From IMG/VR virus record IMGVR_UViG_3300035698_011202, positions 8,232 to 72,231 of that record: DNA of 64,000 nucleotides; one strand, written 5' to 3'. Below are positions 21,179 to 31,722 of the stretch, one piece after another. Numbering within the stretch: the first letter of the stretch is position 1; every line of letters begins with the position of its first letter. This DNA comes from a virus. A model generated the notes under the pieces. It was not told the DNA's origin. It did no database searches and saw only the letters and a list, made by a program, of their open reading frames with translations. Both the position numbers and the translations under genes were made by a program.

Positions 21179-21499
21179 TTACTTCTTAGAAATCGTTTTT
21201 GCTTTGGCAGGGGGCTTAGTAGAAATTTTATTTTCTGTGGCTTCGTCTTCAACTGTCAAAGAAGCAATGTAATTTTGAACCGCTGATTCAACATCGCCAT
21301 CGTGGGCCTTTAAAAATTTCTCGAACTCAAGGTCACAAGCTTCTTCTGGCAGTGAATTAAAGCTTCTTACTAGCTTCTCATGCACCAACTCATTTAATCG
21401 ATTTGAGCTATGAATCACAGTAGGTCGGTGAGCGTAAATGTACTCAGACCCAAGCATGTAACTGAAATCCCCAATTGATTCAACAATATGTTTAGACAT
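21179..21499 (-). CDS. Hypothetical protein downstream of the capsid gene
   Basis: 106-aa ORF with AAGG RBS. Confidence 0.7.
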   Translation of the reverse strand: MSKHIVESIGDFSYMLGSEYIYAHRPTVIHSSNRLNELVHEKLVRSFNSLPEEACDLEFEKFLKAHDGDVESAVQNYIASLTVEDEATENKISTKPPAKAKTISKK

Positions 21500-21510
21500 G
21501 GTATTACCTT

Positions 21511-21537
21511 AAAAAAGAGGGTGGGAAACCCACCCTC
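21511..21537 (-). terminator. Intrinsic terminator after the major capsid gene
   Basis: GAGGGTGGG-TTT-CCCACCCTC followed by T6 on the minus strand. Confidence 0.8.
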
Positions 21538-21547
21538 AAAGGGAGAC

Positions 21548-22759
21548 TTACGCTAAGGTGTTAAAAATTGTGCGCGTATCGCCGTACACTAAACGGTAAC
21601 CAGTATTAATGGTTCTTACGTAAGTGATAGACTGGTTTTTGATAGCTTCTTCAGATTCATTAACTACTGAACCTGTTTCAACTAGCTCTTCTAACGTGTC
21701 ACCTTGAGAGTAACAAATTAGCTGACCGGCTGGCGCAGAGCTTGATATACGAATAGACACGCCATTCATAAAGTCCAAGTTCATTGAAAAGCTAGGCATA
21801 CCACGGCCCTGAAGCGTTTCAGCATCAGAACTTTGATTGCCATTGTTCGGTAAGAACATTAGGAACAATTCTAAAAACATAGAATAGTTACATACGATGG
21901 TATCAACCGGCACCATGTCGCGGGCGCGTTGAGTCAAGAAGTCAGCTAAAGCAACATAGTTGTCTTTTAGGGACTTGGCACCTGAAACATCCCAATTCTT
22001 ATAACCAGAAGCAGCTTTAACAGTCGCAGCTGCATGAACACCATCACCACTAACTAACAAGTTAGTTGCTTGACGAACTTTACCGATTTCCATGTTACGA
22101 ACAATACGAGCAACATAGGGCGTTAGTATGTCTAAGCTTGCACGACGTTCAAATTCGTATGAAGTACGAATACCAGAACCATGCTTGAAGAACTTAACGC
22201 GACGGTCACTAGACGTAATTGTCTGCATTGGGATGTTCGCTAGTTCTGCGATAGGTGACGTATTAAGGTTACCTGCATCGTCAAAAATAGCTTCCGTGAT
22301 AATCTCGTTACCTGTAACTGTACGGGTCTGAGAAACCATACCAGTAGTGCTTTCAAACTGGTCTAAACGATTGGTGAACTGCATCATGTCATCAATAGTT
22401 TCTGGGAAAAGCGCACGAACTCCTGGACGGGTTGCAAACGTATCTGCAGCAGCTTGAAGGGTCACACCAGATTTAAAGTCATTTTTAAATGGTAAGTTAA
22501 GCTCAGAAAGAGCAGCTTCATAACCTGTTAAAAATTGACCGTTGGCCCCTACGAAGCGGTTGTGCTTGTTCTCGTCAACTGAGCTTGCAACGTCAATCGA
22601 AAGAGTAAGGAAGTCACGGATACTTAGTCCAAATTGCTTTGCCTGTGAGCAAAGTTTAAGACCCGCATTTTTAGAAACTTCTTGTCTGTCATCAGCTAAA
22701 CCAGCAAGTACTTCGTTTACTGTTCCGCGTTTGACCTGAGTTAAAGGTGTTAAATTCAT
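21548..22759 (-). CDS. Major capsid protein
   Basis: 403 aa with an HK97-like IAELANIP...KFFKHGSGIRTSYE segment, followed by a terminator. Confidence 0.85.
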   Translation of the reverse strand: MNLTPLTQVKRGTVNEVLAGLADDRQEVSKNAGLKLCSQAKQFGLSIRDFLTLSIDVASSVDENKHNRFVGANGQFLTGYEAALSELNLPFKNDFKSGVTLQAAADTFATRPGVRALFPETIDDMMQFTNRLDQFESTTGMVSQTRTVTGNEIITEAIFDDAGNLNTSPIAELANIPMQTITSSDRRVKFFKHGSGIRTSYEFERRASLDILTPYVARIVRNMEIGKVRQATNLLVSGDGVHAAATVKAASGYKNWDVSGAKSLKDNYVALADFLTQRARDMVPVDTIVCNYSMFLELFLMFLPNNGNQSSDAETLQGRGMPSFSMNLDFMNGVSIRISSSAPAGQLICYSQGDTLEELVETGSVVNESEEAIKNQSITYVRTINTGYRLVYGDTRTIFNTLA

Positions 22760-22786
22760 CGTCAATCTCCAAATTTTAAATTGTTC

Positions 22787-23176
22787 TTAGCGAATAATAA
22801 ATTCGCAAGTGCCTTCAGCAGTGTCTACCTGAGTAACTACAATGTTTGTAGCCGTTGCAGATGCTTTAGGATAACCAGCATCAGTTGAACCTTGTAAGCC
22901 GCCGCCAACTACAGGGGCAGTGCCGACGTAGGTGGCTTTACTACAAAGCATCCAAGAAACCGCACCAGTTTTAGAACCTTCAGTTACACGGTCTTCATAA
23001 GACTCTAGGTAACCAAAAATAACGTCGCCATCGCCAGCTAAGCCTACCAAATGGTTGCCTTTTAAAGCGACCAATTTACCTACATCAGCGTTAGCCGTGA
23101 TGCTTGCATCTAGTTCGAAAGTAGCCGCTGCTGATTCAGTGCGAATACCGTTATGTGTTAGTTGTCCGATATACAT
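22787..23176 (-). CDS. Capsid decoration/cement protein
   Basis: 129 aa, rich in G/A/V/T, directly upstream of the capsid gene. Confidence 0.65.
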   Translation of the reverse strand: MYIGQLTHNGIRTESAAATFELDASITANADVGKLVALKGNHLVGLAGDGDVIFGYLESYEDRVTEGSKTGAVSWMLCSKATYVGTAPVVGGGLQGSTDAGYPKASATATNIVVTQVDTAEGTCEFIIR

Positions 23177-23190
23177 AAGTAATCTCCAAT

Positions 23191-24369
23191 TTATTTAGTT
23201 TGAAACGCACTGTTCCGAGATAGCATAGCTATTTGAGATAAGTTCACTTCGCCAGAGGTAGGCTCATTCGTTAGTCCACCGCGAGGAATAGCCGCAAGTT
23301 TAATTTGCGCGTTCTTCATCAAAGTGATTTTTTCGTCGTTAGACAGACCTTCTTTTAACTCAAGCTCAGCCGCTACCGCTGCTGCCTTGACTTGGGCATC
23401 AAAAAACTCTTGTAAAGGCTTTTGGCCTTCGACAGCAGCTTCCAATTCGACCAATTTCTTTGCGGTTTCTGACTGTTCAGTTGCCGCTAGTTCTAGTACT
23501 AATTTGTCTACCTTATCTTGCAGAGCCGCAACTTCGGTTTTAGAAGCAGCCAGTGCTAAATCTGCACCTTCCATCTTCACTTCCAATCGTGCTTTGTCTG
23601 CTGATAAGCTACTTACTTGATCCGTTATATCTTTTAAGTTCATGTCGTTGCCTTCATCATCATTTATAGTTGGGGTGGTTGCGGAGCAAAGAAGATAAGC
23701 CATTTCGATACCCTTATCGGACATACTAGATGCCGCCAAGGACTGATAGCGTTCTTTACCCAATCGCTGCTTCGCAGAACCAACGATTTTTGGTTTATCA
23801 CTCGCGCCTTTACCCACAAGTGACAATTCTTTCCAAGAGCTAAGCTTGGTCAATCTTAGGTGAGTGCCATTTACACCAAGGGCATGACCCTCATCGCACT
23901 CTCTAAAATAAAAATTCATTTCATTGTTTTCAGCCATATAATCGAAATCACATTCTGAACAATAAGCGTGGAGAGGTAAGGCACCAACACTTACTTCGTC
24001 TATAATCCCAAGGTCAATCTTTTTAGCTTCATCGCTATCAGACTCAACGTAGAACAAGGCGACCAAATCTTTATGACCAGATTCCGCATCAAGGACCGCA
24101 GCATCAAATACTTTACCAGCGGGCAACATGGAACCTTCGTGCATGATGAGAATAGGTACAGATTCAGAAAGTAAGTGCTCGGACATTTCTACGAGAAATG
24201 CTTCCGACATAACTGCTCCGTCGTAAGCAGTTCGAGATTGGTGAATGGGTCTTGTACTGGCGGCAACAGATTCATAAGCCGCAATGAGGTTGAAGTCAAT
24301 ATCGTCATTGCCTGAAGCAAGACGTATCTTTTTCTTCAACTGTTCGCTAAGTTGTAGTCGTTTGCTCAT
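23191..24369 (-). CDS. Prohead protease / scaffold fusion
   Basis: IMH, EVSVG and ELSLVGKGA protease motifs, plus a coiled-coil C-terminal half. Confidence 0.8.
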   Translation of the reverse strand: MSKRLQLSEQLKKKIRLASGNDDIDFNLIAAYESVAASTRPIHQSRTAYDGAVMSEAFLVEMSEHLLSESVPILIMHEGSMLPAGKVFDAAVLDAESGHKDLVALFYVESDSDEAKKIDLGIIDEVSVGALPLHAYCSECDFDYMAENNEMNFYFRECDEGHALGVNGTHLRLTKLSSWKELSLVGKGASDKPKIVGSAKQRLGKERYQSLAASSMSDKGIEMAYLLCSATTPTINDDEGNDMNLKDITDQVSSLSADKARLEVKMEGADLALAASKTEVAALQDKVDKLVLELAATEQSETAKKLVELEAAVEGQKPLQEFFDAQVKAAAVAAELELKEGLSNDEKITLMKNAQIKLAAIPRGGLTNEPTSGEVNLSQIAMLSRNSAFQTK

Positions 24370-24443
24370 CGTCTATCCAAATTTTAAAGGCAAGCCTTAT
24401 TAGCTGTATTAAAAACATTATTTACGAAAATAATCAACCCTAC

Positions 24444-25889
24444 CTAGTTACTCTTAGCTTGTTTATCCGCAGCTCTTGAGACACTTTCACCAGCAGGGTC
24501 AGAGTTAGGTGAAATACGTGTGGCATCAACCTCTAGTTTTTTACTGTTAAAGCCCGTTCCTGATAGCTCAGGAGATGAATCAGGGCGTATACGGCGATAC
24601 ATAGCTAAATGATATTCGTCGTCAGTAATCAAGCCATCACTCAAATCTTGTCTCAAGCGTGAGTTTTTCATGGTGATGTTAGCTTCGCCTTCCAACTCAG
24701 AGCGGAGATTTATTTCTGGGAACTTCACTTTTACTCGACCCTCAGAGCCTTGCAAACGTAGCGCCATAGTCAGAATTTTACTTAACACTTCAGCAATAGG
24801 TTTGTTGATACTGTCAGCGTTCATCGCAAACAAGTTGGCTTCCACCGTAGCAGTGTTAACTCCGCTTTCCCCACGACCCAAAACCGTTGCCATGGTCCTA
24901 AGACCCGCTTGGTTTTGCGCGTTTAGCACTTCAATCATTTTACTAATATCAAGACCCGCTGCAGGATTGCTATCATTTAGCATTTTGACTTCCATCGAGT
25001 CGGTGTGAATGATGGGTTGGTCAGGTCTAATAGCCGCGAACTGCGCTCCCATTTCACCGCGTCGGGCGTTGATGTATTGGCGTAGCTTTAATTGGTCGTT
25101 ACGTATCTCAGGGGGTGCATTTTTTACTAGGACTTCTTCCAGTACTTTTAGCGTAATGCGAGGGAAGCCGGTGATTTGCATAATACGATACAAGTCATTA
25201 ATAACTTGCTGACGTGCCGCCATGGTGTTGATGGCTGATATAAATGGACTACTTGAATACACATCACTGGGGTCTTTGCGAAACCATGCTACAAAAAACG
25301 TCGGTATGTCTAGCTTTACGGGGTCACCGCCACCTTGGTCTTGGTACGGCACCAACTTACCGGCTTCTTTTTCTTGCCAGCGGATTGAGGCTAATTCTAC
25401 CAAACGTATTTCCGTTAGTTCTAAAATATCTCCAAACACCGCTTCGGCACCAATACCACCTTGAGCAATTATCATGTAACGAAAATCATTAGCCAGTTCA
25501 GCTAGTGTTCTCTTGTGAACAAAGCCTTTGGTATAATCACGACGAGTTTCTAGCACCTCAATTATTTCGTTTACAAGCTTGTACGCCTCGCGGTCTACTG
25601 CGCCATCTACATCAGTAACTTCTATGTAAGGCAGGACTTTACCCGCCGTAGTTAGATACGCGTTTAGAGAGGCACTAGCATCAGGGTCAGATTTTAATAA
25701 ACTTTTTATTAATTCTTGAGAGTTAGAAGACCTACGTAGGCTTAGTAAGTCATCAAGGTGCTCACGATAAGCGGGTAGCCCAAAAACGTCATCCTTTTTT
25801 TCTTCTTCAAAAGTAGGCGTTATGAAGCTGCCTTTGGGCTTTGTTCGGGTAGGGATAAGAATCTTTAGTTTGCTAAGTATGTTTGCCAT
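24444..25889 (-). CDS. Portal protein
   Basis: 481 aa between terminase and protease genes. Confidence 0.8.
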   Translation of the reverse strand: MANILSKLKILIPTRTKPKGSFITPTFEEEKKDDVFGLPAYREHLDDLLSLRRSSNSQELIKSLLKSDPDASASLNAYLTTAGKVLPYIEVTDVDGAVDREAYKLVNEIIEVLETRRDYTKGFVHKRTLAELANDFRYMIIAQGGIGAEAVFGDILELTEIRLVELASIRWQEKEAGKLVPYQDQGGGDPVKLDIPTFFVAWFRKDPSDVYSSSPFISAINTMAARQQVINDLYRIMQITGFPRITLKVLEEVLVKNAPPEIRNDQLKLRQYINARRGEMGAQFAAIRPDQPIIHTDSMEVKMLNDSNPAAGLDISKMIEVLNAQNQAGLRTMATVLGRGESGVNTATVEANLFAMNADSINKPIAEVLSKILTMALRLQGSEGRVKVKFPEINLRSELEGEANITMKNSRLRQDLSDGLITDDEYHLAMYRRIRPDSSPELSGTGFNSKKLEVDATRISPNSDPAGESVSRAADKQAKSN

Positions 25890-25903
25890 CGTCAGTCCAA
25901 TTT

Positions 25904-28141
25904 TTAGTATCGTGTGATAATTTTATCAGGCGAATAACTATTGCCAAAGCCAATCAAGTCTTGCGCCCCAAAAAAGTCCTCACTTTCGCCGGACATTAGC
26001 ATGTTGCTATGACGTATACCAGATAGCCCCACGGTTAAGTTGACGAAGGGTTCTTTGCCTTCTACGTAACGATAATACTCAATAGACCCAAACATATAAC
26101 CTAACGCATGAAAGAAGTGGTCGTTACCATTTAATTTAACCCAGACCGGAATCTTCTCGTCGTTTTCTTCTCGTACCATGTCTACTAAATGCTCTATAAT
26201 CATGGTCTTGAATTTACCAAACCCATCGAGGAATAAGTTTCGCTTCTTAATACCAAAAAACACGGAATCTAGGACGTGGGTTCTGTTTATCTGAACGTAA
26301 TCTAACTTGTCTAAGCCATCCGTGACCAAAGCAATAGGCTTGTTGACCGTGTAATGAGCAGGAGCAATTTTTCCATCACTGGCTTCGCGTATAGCATTAG
26401 CCGTGGGTGTGTAAGGGTAACGGTCCATCAGGCCACTGATGATGTTGTATTTAGCTCTCATGCTGTCTACAAAAGACTGGATAGCCGATGAGGGGCACGT
26501 CATAAATTCAACTACGCGAATTTTTTCAGTCCCTTCCATACGCGCTACAACAATGTGACACGTTTTACCCACGTCTATACCTATGAAGTGGGGTAGGGTG
26601 TTATCGACAGGCGGGCATCCAGCGTAGCCAAACATCGCATCGACATCGCTGTCCGACATTTTCTGGTCTTCATTGGTGTAAGGCTCACCAAGCACCGTGT
26701 TGTGGAAGCCTTTTAAATTATCCTTTTCCAAGTACTTGAACATCTGAGTAAAACAATAAACAGGGTCCAGACGGTGTGTTGAGAAAGTCCTGACACGATA
26801 GCCTCGGTTTAAAGTCCTACTTGGATACTTAGCCACCCACTCACGATTATCATGGTCAGCAAGATTAAGAGGTTTGTGGCATTTCTCGCAATAAACTTTC
26901 GCAGTCTCAAGTTTAACTTGTCCACTATCAACAAGCTTAGATGAAAGGTGAATAAAACTATCACAATCATCAGGCATACCATCGACACGAACAAAATCGC
27001 GGTTAAATAAAGGAACTTGGTGATGATTGCAAGCAGCACATTTAAGAATATATTCATGTTGGTCACTTCTAGCATAGCCTTTGTCAACACCAAACCCTTC
27101 ATAGGTAGGTGTACTAAACCGCTGGCTGACTCGGTGGTCTGAACCCTGCAATCGAGAGTTGAACAAAGACAGCATATCGGGGGGTGTTAAATCAATTTCA
27201 TCGTTAAATACAAAGTCAGCATTGATAGATGTCGCATCTGCCTCGCTTGAGCCGGTGACATACAAGTACGACGTACCAATTCTCATCAAATCCATGGATT
27301 GTTGCGTCTTATCTTGGGCATCTTGCCTGAATGCTTTGTCGTATTTCAGCAAGGGCTGGATACGCGCCTTAGAAATACGCTTAAACATTCGCTCGTTGGG
27401 CATGGTGTAGATTAATGACGTATTGGGTGTACGAATTAGCAGCGTTATTGCTTTGCGAATTTGTATCTCAGTGTTGTGCGTCGGTATCATTCCTCGACCA
27501 CACAAAAACAAGTGAGAAGGTGAGTCTACTGATATACATCGAACAGGTACGGGGTCACAGGCTTTGATAGATTGTATGTAGTGGTGTCCAATCCCGTTCG
27601 CGGTGGGTATTCGTATCGTTCGACCCGTTACTAAATGGGCTAATCGATGAGTTGGATGCACGTTGACTTCTCTGTGCAGCTTAATTCCGAGAAAGTTGAC
27701 GTAAGTTTCTACTTTCCAGCGATGACCAGCATCAGCGATTATTTTTTCCCCTCCTTTGAATTTTATTTCAAAGCAGTCATGGTCTTGATAAATGGGTGAT
27801 ACGTAAGTGACGTTGCAGTGCCGTAGATTTTCGTCAAAGACCACATCCCCCACATCAAGAGCGCCCATATTACTAAACCCCCCGAGTACACGAACAGGCG
27901 TATCTAGCGCCAAAGCAAGACCAACCTGCGATGGCTTGATTACATCCATGTTTGGGTGCATATCGTCGGCTATCTGTTTTTGGAACGGGTATCGGTCAAA
28001 AGAGAAGGGGCGTTTGTTAAGGCTAGTGTTGGCACACATCCAATCGCCATGGCTCATATCAGCCGAATCTTTGTTATAGCGACCATTAGCTTTAGACACG
28101 AAGCTTTGAACAAAGCTGTTCTTTTTCATTCTCATCGCCAT
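25904..28141 (-). CDS. terL: Terminase large subunit (lambda gpA-like) with intein
   Basis: KPSQVGL/TE Walker A interrupted by an intein, FNDEID Walker B, STP motif, CxxC pairs, FHNTVLGEPY, IGIDVG nuclease motif. Start may be 28135. Confidence 0.92.
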   Translation of the reverse strand: MAMRMKKNSFVQSFVSKANGRYNKDSADMSHGDWMCANTSLNKRPFSFDRYPFQKQIADDMHPNMDVIKPSQVGLALALDTPVRVLGGFSNMGALDVGDVVFDENLRHCNVTYVSPIYQDHDCFEIKFKGGEKIIADAGHRWKVETYVNFLGIKLHREVNVHPTHRLAHLVTGRTIRIPTANGIGHHYIQSIKACDPVPVRCISVDSPSHLFLCGRGMIPTHNTEIQIRKAITLLIRTPNTSLIYTMPNERMFKRISKARIQPLLKYDKAFRQDAQDKTQQSMDLMRIGTSYLYVTGSSEADATSINADFVFNDEIDLTPPDMLSLFNSRLQGSDHRVSQRFSTPTYEGFGVDKGYARSDQHEYILKCAACNHHQVPLFNRDFVRVDGMPDDCDSFIHLSSKLVDSGQVKLETAKVYCEKCHKPLNLADHDNREWVAKYPSRTLNRGYRVRTFSTHRLDPVYCFTQMFKYLEKDNLKGFHNTVLGEPYTNEDQKMSDSDVDAMFGYAGCPPVDNTLPHFIGIDVGKTCHIVVARMEGTEKIRVVEFMTCPSSAIQSFVDSMRAKYNIISGLMDRYPYTPTANAIREASDGKIAPAHYTVNKPIALVTDGLDKLDYVQINRTHVLDSVFFGIKKRNLFLDGFGKFKTMIIEHLVDMVREENDEKIPVWVKLNGNDHFFHALGYMFGSIEYYRYVEGKEPFVNLTVGLSGIRHSNMLMSGESEDFFGAQDLIGFGNSYSPDKIITRY
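27473..27916 (-). mobile_element. Class 3 mini-intein (148 aa, no homing endonuclease)
   Basis: Starts ALALDTP. Block B ADAGHRW, block F VRCISVDSPSHLF, block G IPTHN followed by Thr+1. Confidence 0.9.
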
Positions 28142-28203
28142 AGTTTAATTTTATGCGTGATAAGGTATCATTTGTAGCGAAACATACAATATGGCAGATG
28201 ACG

Positions 28204-28686
28204 ATGAGCAAGCACTACCCCGAAATGGATGCTCTTAGTATCCAACGATTTATCATTATAAAAAATATGATGGATAACGACCCCCTGTACCTCGATGATG
28301 ACCATTGCCCCTATGATTATGAGGTTGTTCAAAAGCTAAGACAGCTCCTAGATACCCCTAAAGCGCCGGTTTCATTTGTGGCCGAAGTCGAAGACCTAAA
28401 TGAGCTTGATGAAATCGATTTTGAAGTGGAAACCAAGAAGCTGTTCCGCGATATAAAGCTGTTTAAAGCCACACTTAGTAATGATGACTCATCCGAGCAA
28501 GTGCAAACCTTTAGAACCATGGTGACACTTATCGAAAAAATGATTGAGTCACAAGAACGAGCATCGGGCATCAAACAATTTACAGCCTTCACCTCAATGA
28601 TTATGGACTCCATGGATAGGTATCTTACCCCTGTTCAAAAAACCGAGTTCCTAGAAACCCTCGAACTTACATTGGATAGACAATAA
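28204..28686 (+). CDS. Hypothetical helical protein divergent from terL (possible small terminase)
   Basis: ATG lies within an ATGACGATG motif variant. Function inferred from adjacency only. Confidence 0.6.
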   Translation: MSKHYPEMDALSIQRFIIIKNMMDNDPLYLDDDHCPYDYEVVQKLRQLLDTPKAPVSFVAEVEDLNELDEIDFEVETKKLFRDIKLFKATLSNDDSSEQVQTFRTMVTLIEKMIESQERASGIKQFTAFTSMIMDSMDRYLTPVQKTEFLETLELTLDRQ

Positions 28687-28688
28687 TT

Positions 28689-31088
28689 ATGTTTGAATCC
28701 CTGTCCCGACAAGCAATTGAACTAGGTTTACCTCTAATCCCTGTTTTTCAGGCCAGTGGTTTACCTTGCGTCACCGATAAAATTCTACCACGGGCTTTTG
28801 ACCCTTTAATTCAAGCTAGTATGCGTACCGAGCACCCAACTAAAAACGCCTGTATCTCGTTAGACACATTAGGTGACAATGGTTGCCGCTTATATGTGGT
28901 CGAAGTGTTCGATTCTCGCATTAACCGACTGCTACAGCCGACTGCAGCATTAGGCCATAAGTTAATTTACAAAACTATGGACCCCACAGGCAGAAAAGAC
29001 TTCGATGTTTATAACCTTGAAGGCGATGTTGTGGTGTCTGTTCAGTTGCGAGGGTACGTCACGGTACTGAGTGCCACGGATTTACCGAGCAAACACGCAG
29101 AAATTATAGTCGTAGACCTGCAACAGTTAAGAGAAATACTGGCTGAGGTAGGTGAAATACGCACTCAAAATGACCCTTATACCCGTCTACCCAGCACTTT
29201 TGCTCAATTAGACTACCAACTAAAGAGCAAAAACGGGCTGTTTGTGGCTAATTTACTGCTAAAAAGCAACGAAAACACCCGAGTTCTTCCGATTTTGCAT
29301 GAAATTGACGCGGTTTATGCCCAAATGACCGTAAAACTGCTAAAAGACGCTCGATTGGCCCATTCTCCGGTGGGTTTGTATATACAACACTTTCTTAGTT
29401 TATTATCAGAGCAGATTCACGAAAATAAATTGAAGTTACACCCTGACGCGCTGCGAGGTATAGGTGCTCAGTACAGCGAAAAATACTTTGTGTCGTTGTC
29501 AAAAGACGACATTCAAATGGATTACGAGGACTTTAAAACGTTCGCACTGCGCCTAATGTCAGCCGCAATAGGCAGTGAGCAAAAGATGTTGGTTGCTTGC
29601 CAAGATATTTTTGATGAAATGGCTTTATCAACCGCGCTTAGCAAAATACAGCTGGACCAGTTCAAGCGATTCGTGTCACGGCAGTCTGCGATGAAACTCA
29701 ACATGAATAAAATTGAATCTCAAATACTTGAAACCCGCAAAGAACGCTTTGGCCTTGGGTCGTTTAGCAACACACTTGGAAAAGCTATATCCACCCTAAA
29801 CCTAATGGGTGACTTTCGCTACGACGGAATTATATCCAGTGAACTGCTTCGCTGGTCGGGTGCGTTCTGGGAAATTTACCCTGATGTTGAACTTCGACAA
29901 TTCATTAACTACTATTTTGCGTCAAAAGAAATACAGCGTTCAATATCCAAACTCAATGAAATGTGTGAGTCCATCAAGCGCCAGTTCGCCTCCTACTTGC
30001 CCCCTACATCGGGCGTTAACTTTTTAAACTGCTACTTGGATGAGAATTTGAATACCTTTAGCCATGACCGCCGACAAGGGTTTACGTATGCCTTCGATTT
30101 TGAGTACAACCCTGAATTACCAGACCCTGCATTATTCTTAGACTTCCTAAACGATTGCTTTTGTGAGCAAACGCCTGCAGACCGCGATCGGAATATTAAT
30201 CTGGTTAAGCAAACCATCGCTGCCACCTTGTTTCAAAAAGGCCCATCACTACAAAAAGCAGTGTTACTTTATGGCGCAGCCTCGACAGGTAAAAGCCAGC
30301 TACTTGAAATAGTAAAGCGGTTAGTGCCCTCGCACAAAACCTGTGCCATCTCTCCTGAGAAGTGGAACGAGGCGGTCCAAGCTAAAGGACTAAACGACAA
30401 GCTCTTGAATGTGTGTGGTGAGCTAAGTGAAACGAAATCGATAGATGCCCAGCGGTTCAAAGACATAGTAGATGGCAACCCGATTACTCACTCCACCTTG
30501 AGTACAAGCTTTACCGTAACGCCACATTGTACTCACTGGTTCGCATCCAACCACTTACCTAAATCCAAAGACCCCACAGAGGGCTTTAGCCGCAGATGGT
30601 TGATTATACAATTCGACAACGTAGTTAAGCCACACCTACGCGTACTAGATTTAGGCTCAAAGATAGCCTCAGCTGAAAAAGAGCAAATTGTAAATTGGGC
30701 TAGTAAAGCAATCACCCAATTAAACGAGCAGCGCAGTTTTGACCTAGCGCCTAATGACTTAGAAGGAGGTATCGCTCGTATGAATAACAACGTTAGGTAT
30801 TTTATAGAAACAGCGTGTACCACTCACAATCTGTCTTGGCTAAAAAGCCTCGAAAAAGATGAATTGACCCAAGAACTGACAGCCTTAAAACCCACATCAC
30901 TAAAATATATTTATACAAAGTACAGCGTGTTCGTGAAAGATATGAATTGTGGCGCGGGAGTAGACGAGCAGGAATTTATTATGAGAATGAGGCATCTTGC
31001 GGCAATGTTCGGCTTCATCTCTGTGGTAGGAGCAGCAGCAAATCGACGTATAATCGTACAGTATTATGGGGTGGTTATATGCGCTTAA
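28689..31088 (+). CDS. P4/D5-family SF3 helicase with a divergent N-terminal region
   Basis: GAASTGKS Walker A, LLNVCGE Walker B, FASNHLP motif C, GFSRRWLII. Confidence 0.85.
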   Translation: MFESLSRQAIELGLPLIPVFQASGLPCVTDKILPRAFDPLIQASMRTEHPTKNACISLDTLGDNGCRLYVVEVFDSRINRLLQPTAALGHKLIYKTMDPTGRKDFDVYNLEGDVVVSVQLRGYVTVLSATDLPSKHAEIIVVDLQQLREILAEVGEIRTQNDPYTRLPSTFAQLDYQLKSKNGLFVANLLLKSNENTRVLPILHEIDAVYAQMTVKLLKDARLAHSPVGLYIQHFLSLLSEQIHENKLKLHPDALRGIGAQYSEKYFVSLSKDDIQMDYEDFKTFALRLMSAAIGSEQKMLVACQDIFDEMALSTALSKIQLDQFKRFVSRQSAMKLNMNKIESQILETRKERFGLGSFSNTLGKAISTLNLMGDFRYDGIISSELLRWSGAFWEIYPDVELRQFINYYFASKEIQRSISKLNEMCESIKRQFASYLPPTSGVNFLNCYLDENLNTFSHDRRQGFTYAFDFEYNPELPDPALFLDFLNDCFCEQTPADRDRNINLVKQTIAATLFQKGPSLQKAVLLYGAASTGKSQLLEIVKRLVPSHKTCAISPEKWNEAVQAKGLNDKLLNVCGELSETKSIDAQRFKDIVDGNPITHSTLSTSFTVTPHCTHWFASNHLPKSKDPTEGFSRRWLIIQFDNVVKPHLRVLDLGSKIASAEKEQIVNWASKAITQLNEQRSFDLAPNDLEGGIARMNNNVRYFIETACTTHNLSWLKSLEKDELTQELTALKPTSLKYIYTKYSVFVKDMNCGAGVDEQEFIMRMRHLAAMFGFISVVGAAANRRIIVQYYGVVICA

Positions 31089-31189
31089 AAATAGTTATAG
31101 CGTTTTATACTTTAGTATAATGGACGTTAGTTTAATGGGGACTGTTTTTTATATTGACAGATTTTAAAAATAGGCAGAAACTCCCGCCC

Positions 31190-31290
31190 GACGGTGAGTT
31201 CAGAACATAGTAAAAAAAAGACGATGAGTTCAGAACGCAGTAAAAAAATGACGATGAGTTCAAAACGCAGTAAAAAAATGACGATGAGTT
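31190..31290 (+). repeat. 30-bp tandem repeat, about 3.4 copies
   Basis: Unit GACGATGAGTTCAGAACGCAGTAAAAAAAT at 31190, 31220, 31250, and partial at 31280. Confidence 0.95.
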
Positions 31291-31353
31291 AAATCAGGCA
31301 ACATACCCTTTAAAGCTTATTCTATTCGTGGCATTCGCGTGGGCGTGAACATC

Positions 31354-31388
31354 AAGCCCTCACTTCTTTGAAGTGGGGGTTTTCTTTT
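31354..31388 (+). terminator. Intrinsic terminator after the repeat array
   Basis: CCCTCACTTC-TTT-GAAGTGGGGG followed by TTTTCTTTT. Confidence 0.75.
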
Positions 31389-31722
31389 GCCCGAGTTTCG
31401 CCATGACACATAGACCGGCCCTTTCAAATTCCCTTTCAAATTATTAAATATTCATAGCTTTTCGCTTTTCGCTTTTGGCTCTAGCTTTTCGGTTTGAGGT
31501 ATGAACTTCTACCTCCGTAAAATCCTAATTTTTTTCAGCTGGAGTGAGGGCACAACCAGACTAAGGTGTTGTTTCTGTTGACCTTTTTAGCCGATACCCT
31601 TAATATATGTGGGTCGGATAAGGAGTCTGGCAGGGGGTGCAAATGTACCCGTTCAAGGCACAAATGTACCTTGTTACTTTTAATTAACTCAGGTGGGGAC
31701 TCCCCACCAAAAGGCAAAAAAA

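Noticed and set aside
31142-31160. LexA SOS box CTGT...ACAG
   Set aside because: The spacer is 11 bp rather than the 8 bp of the gammaproteobacterial consensus.
31190-31290. CRISPR array
   Set aside because: The units are directly tandem with no unique spacers, and no cas genes are present.
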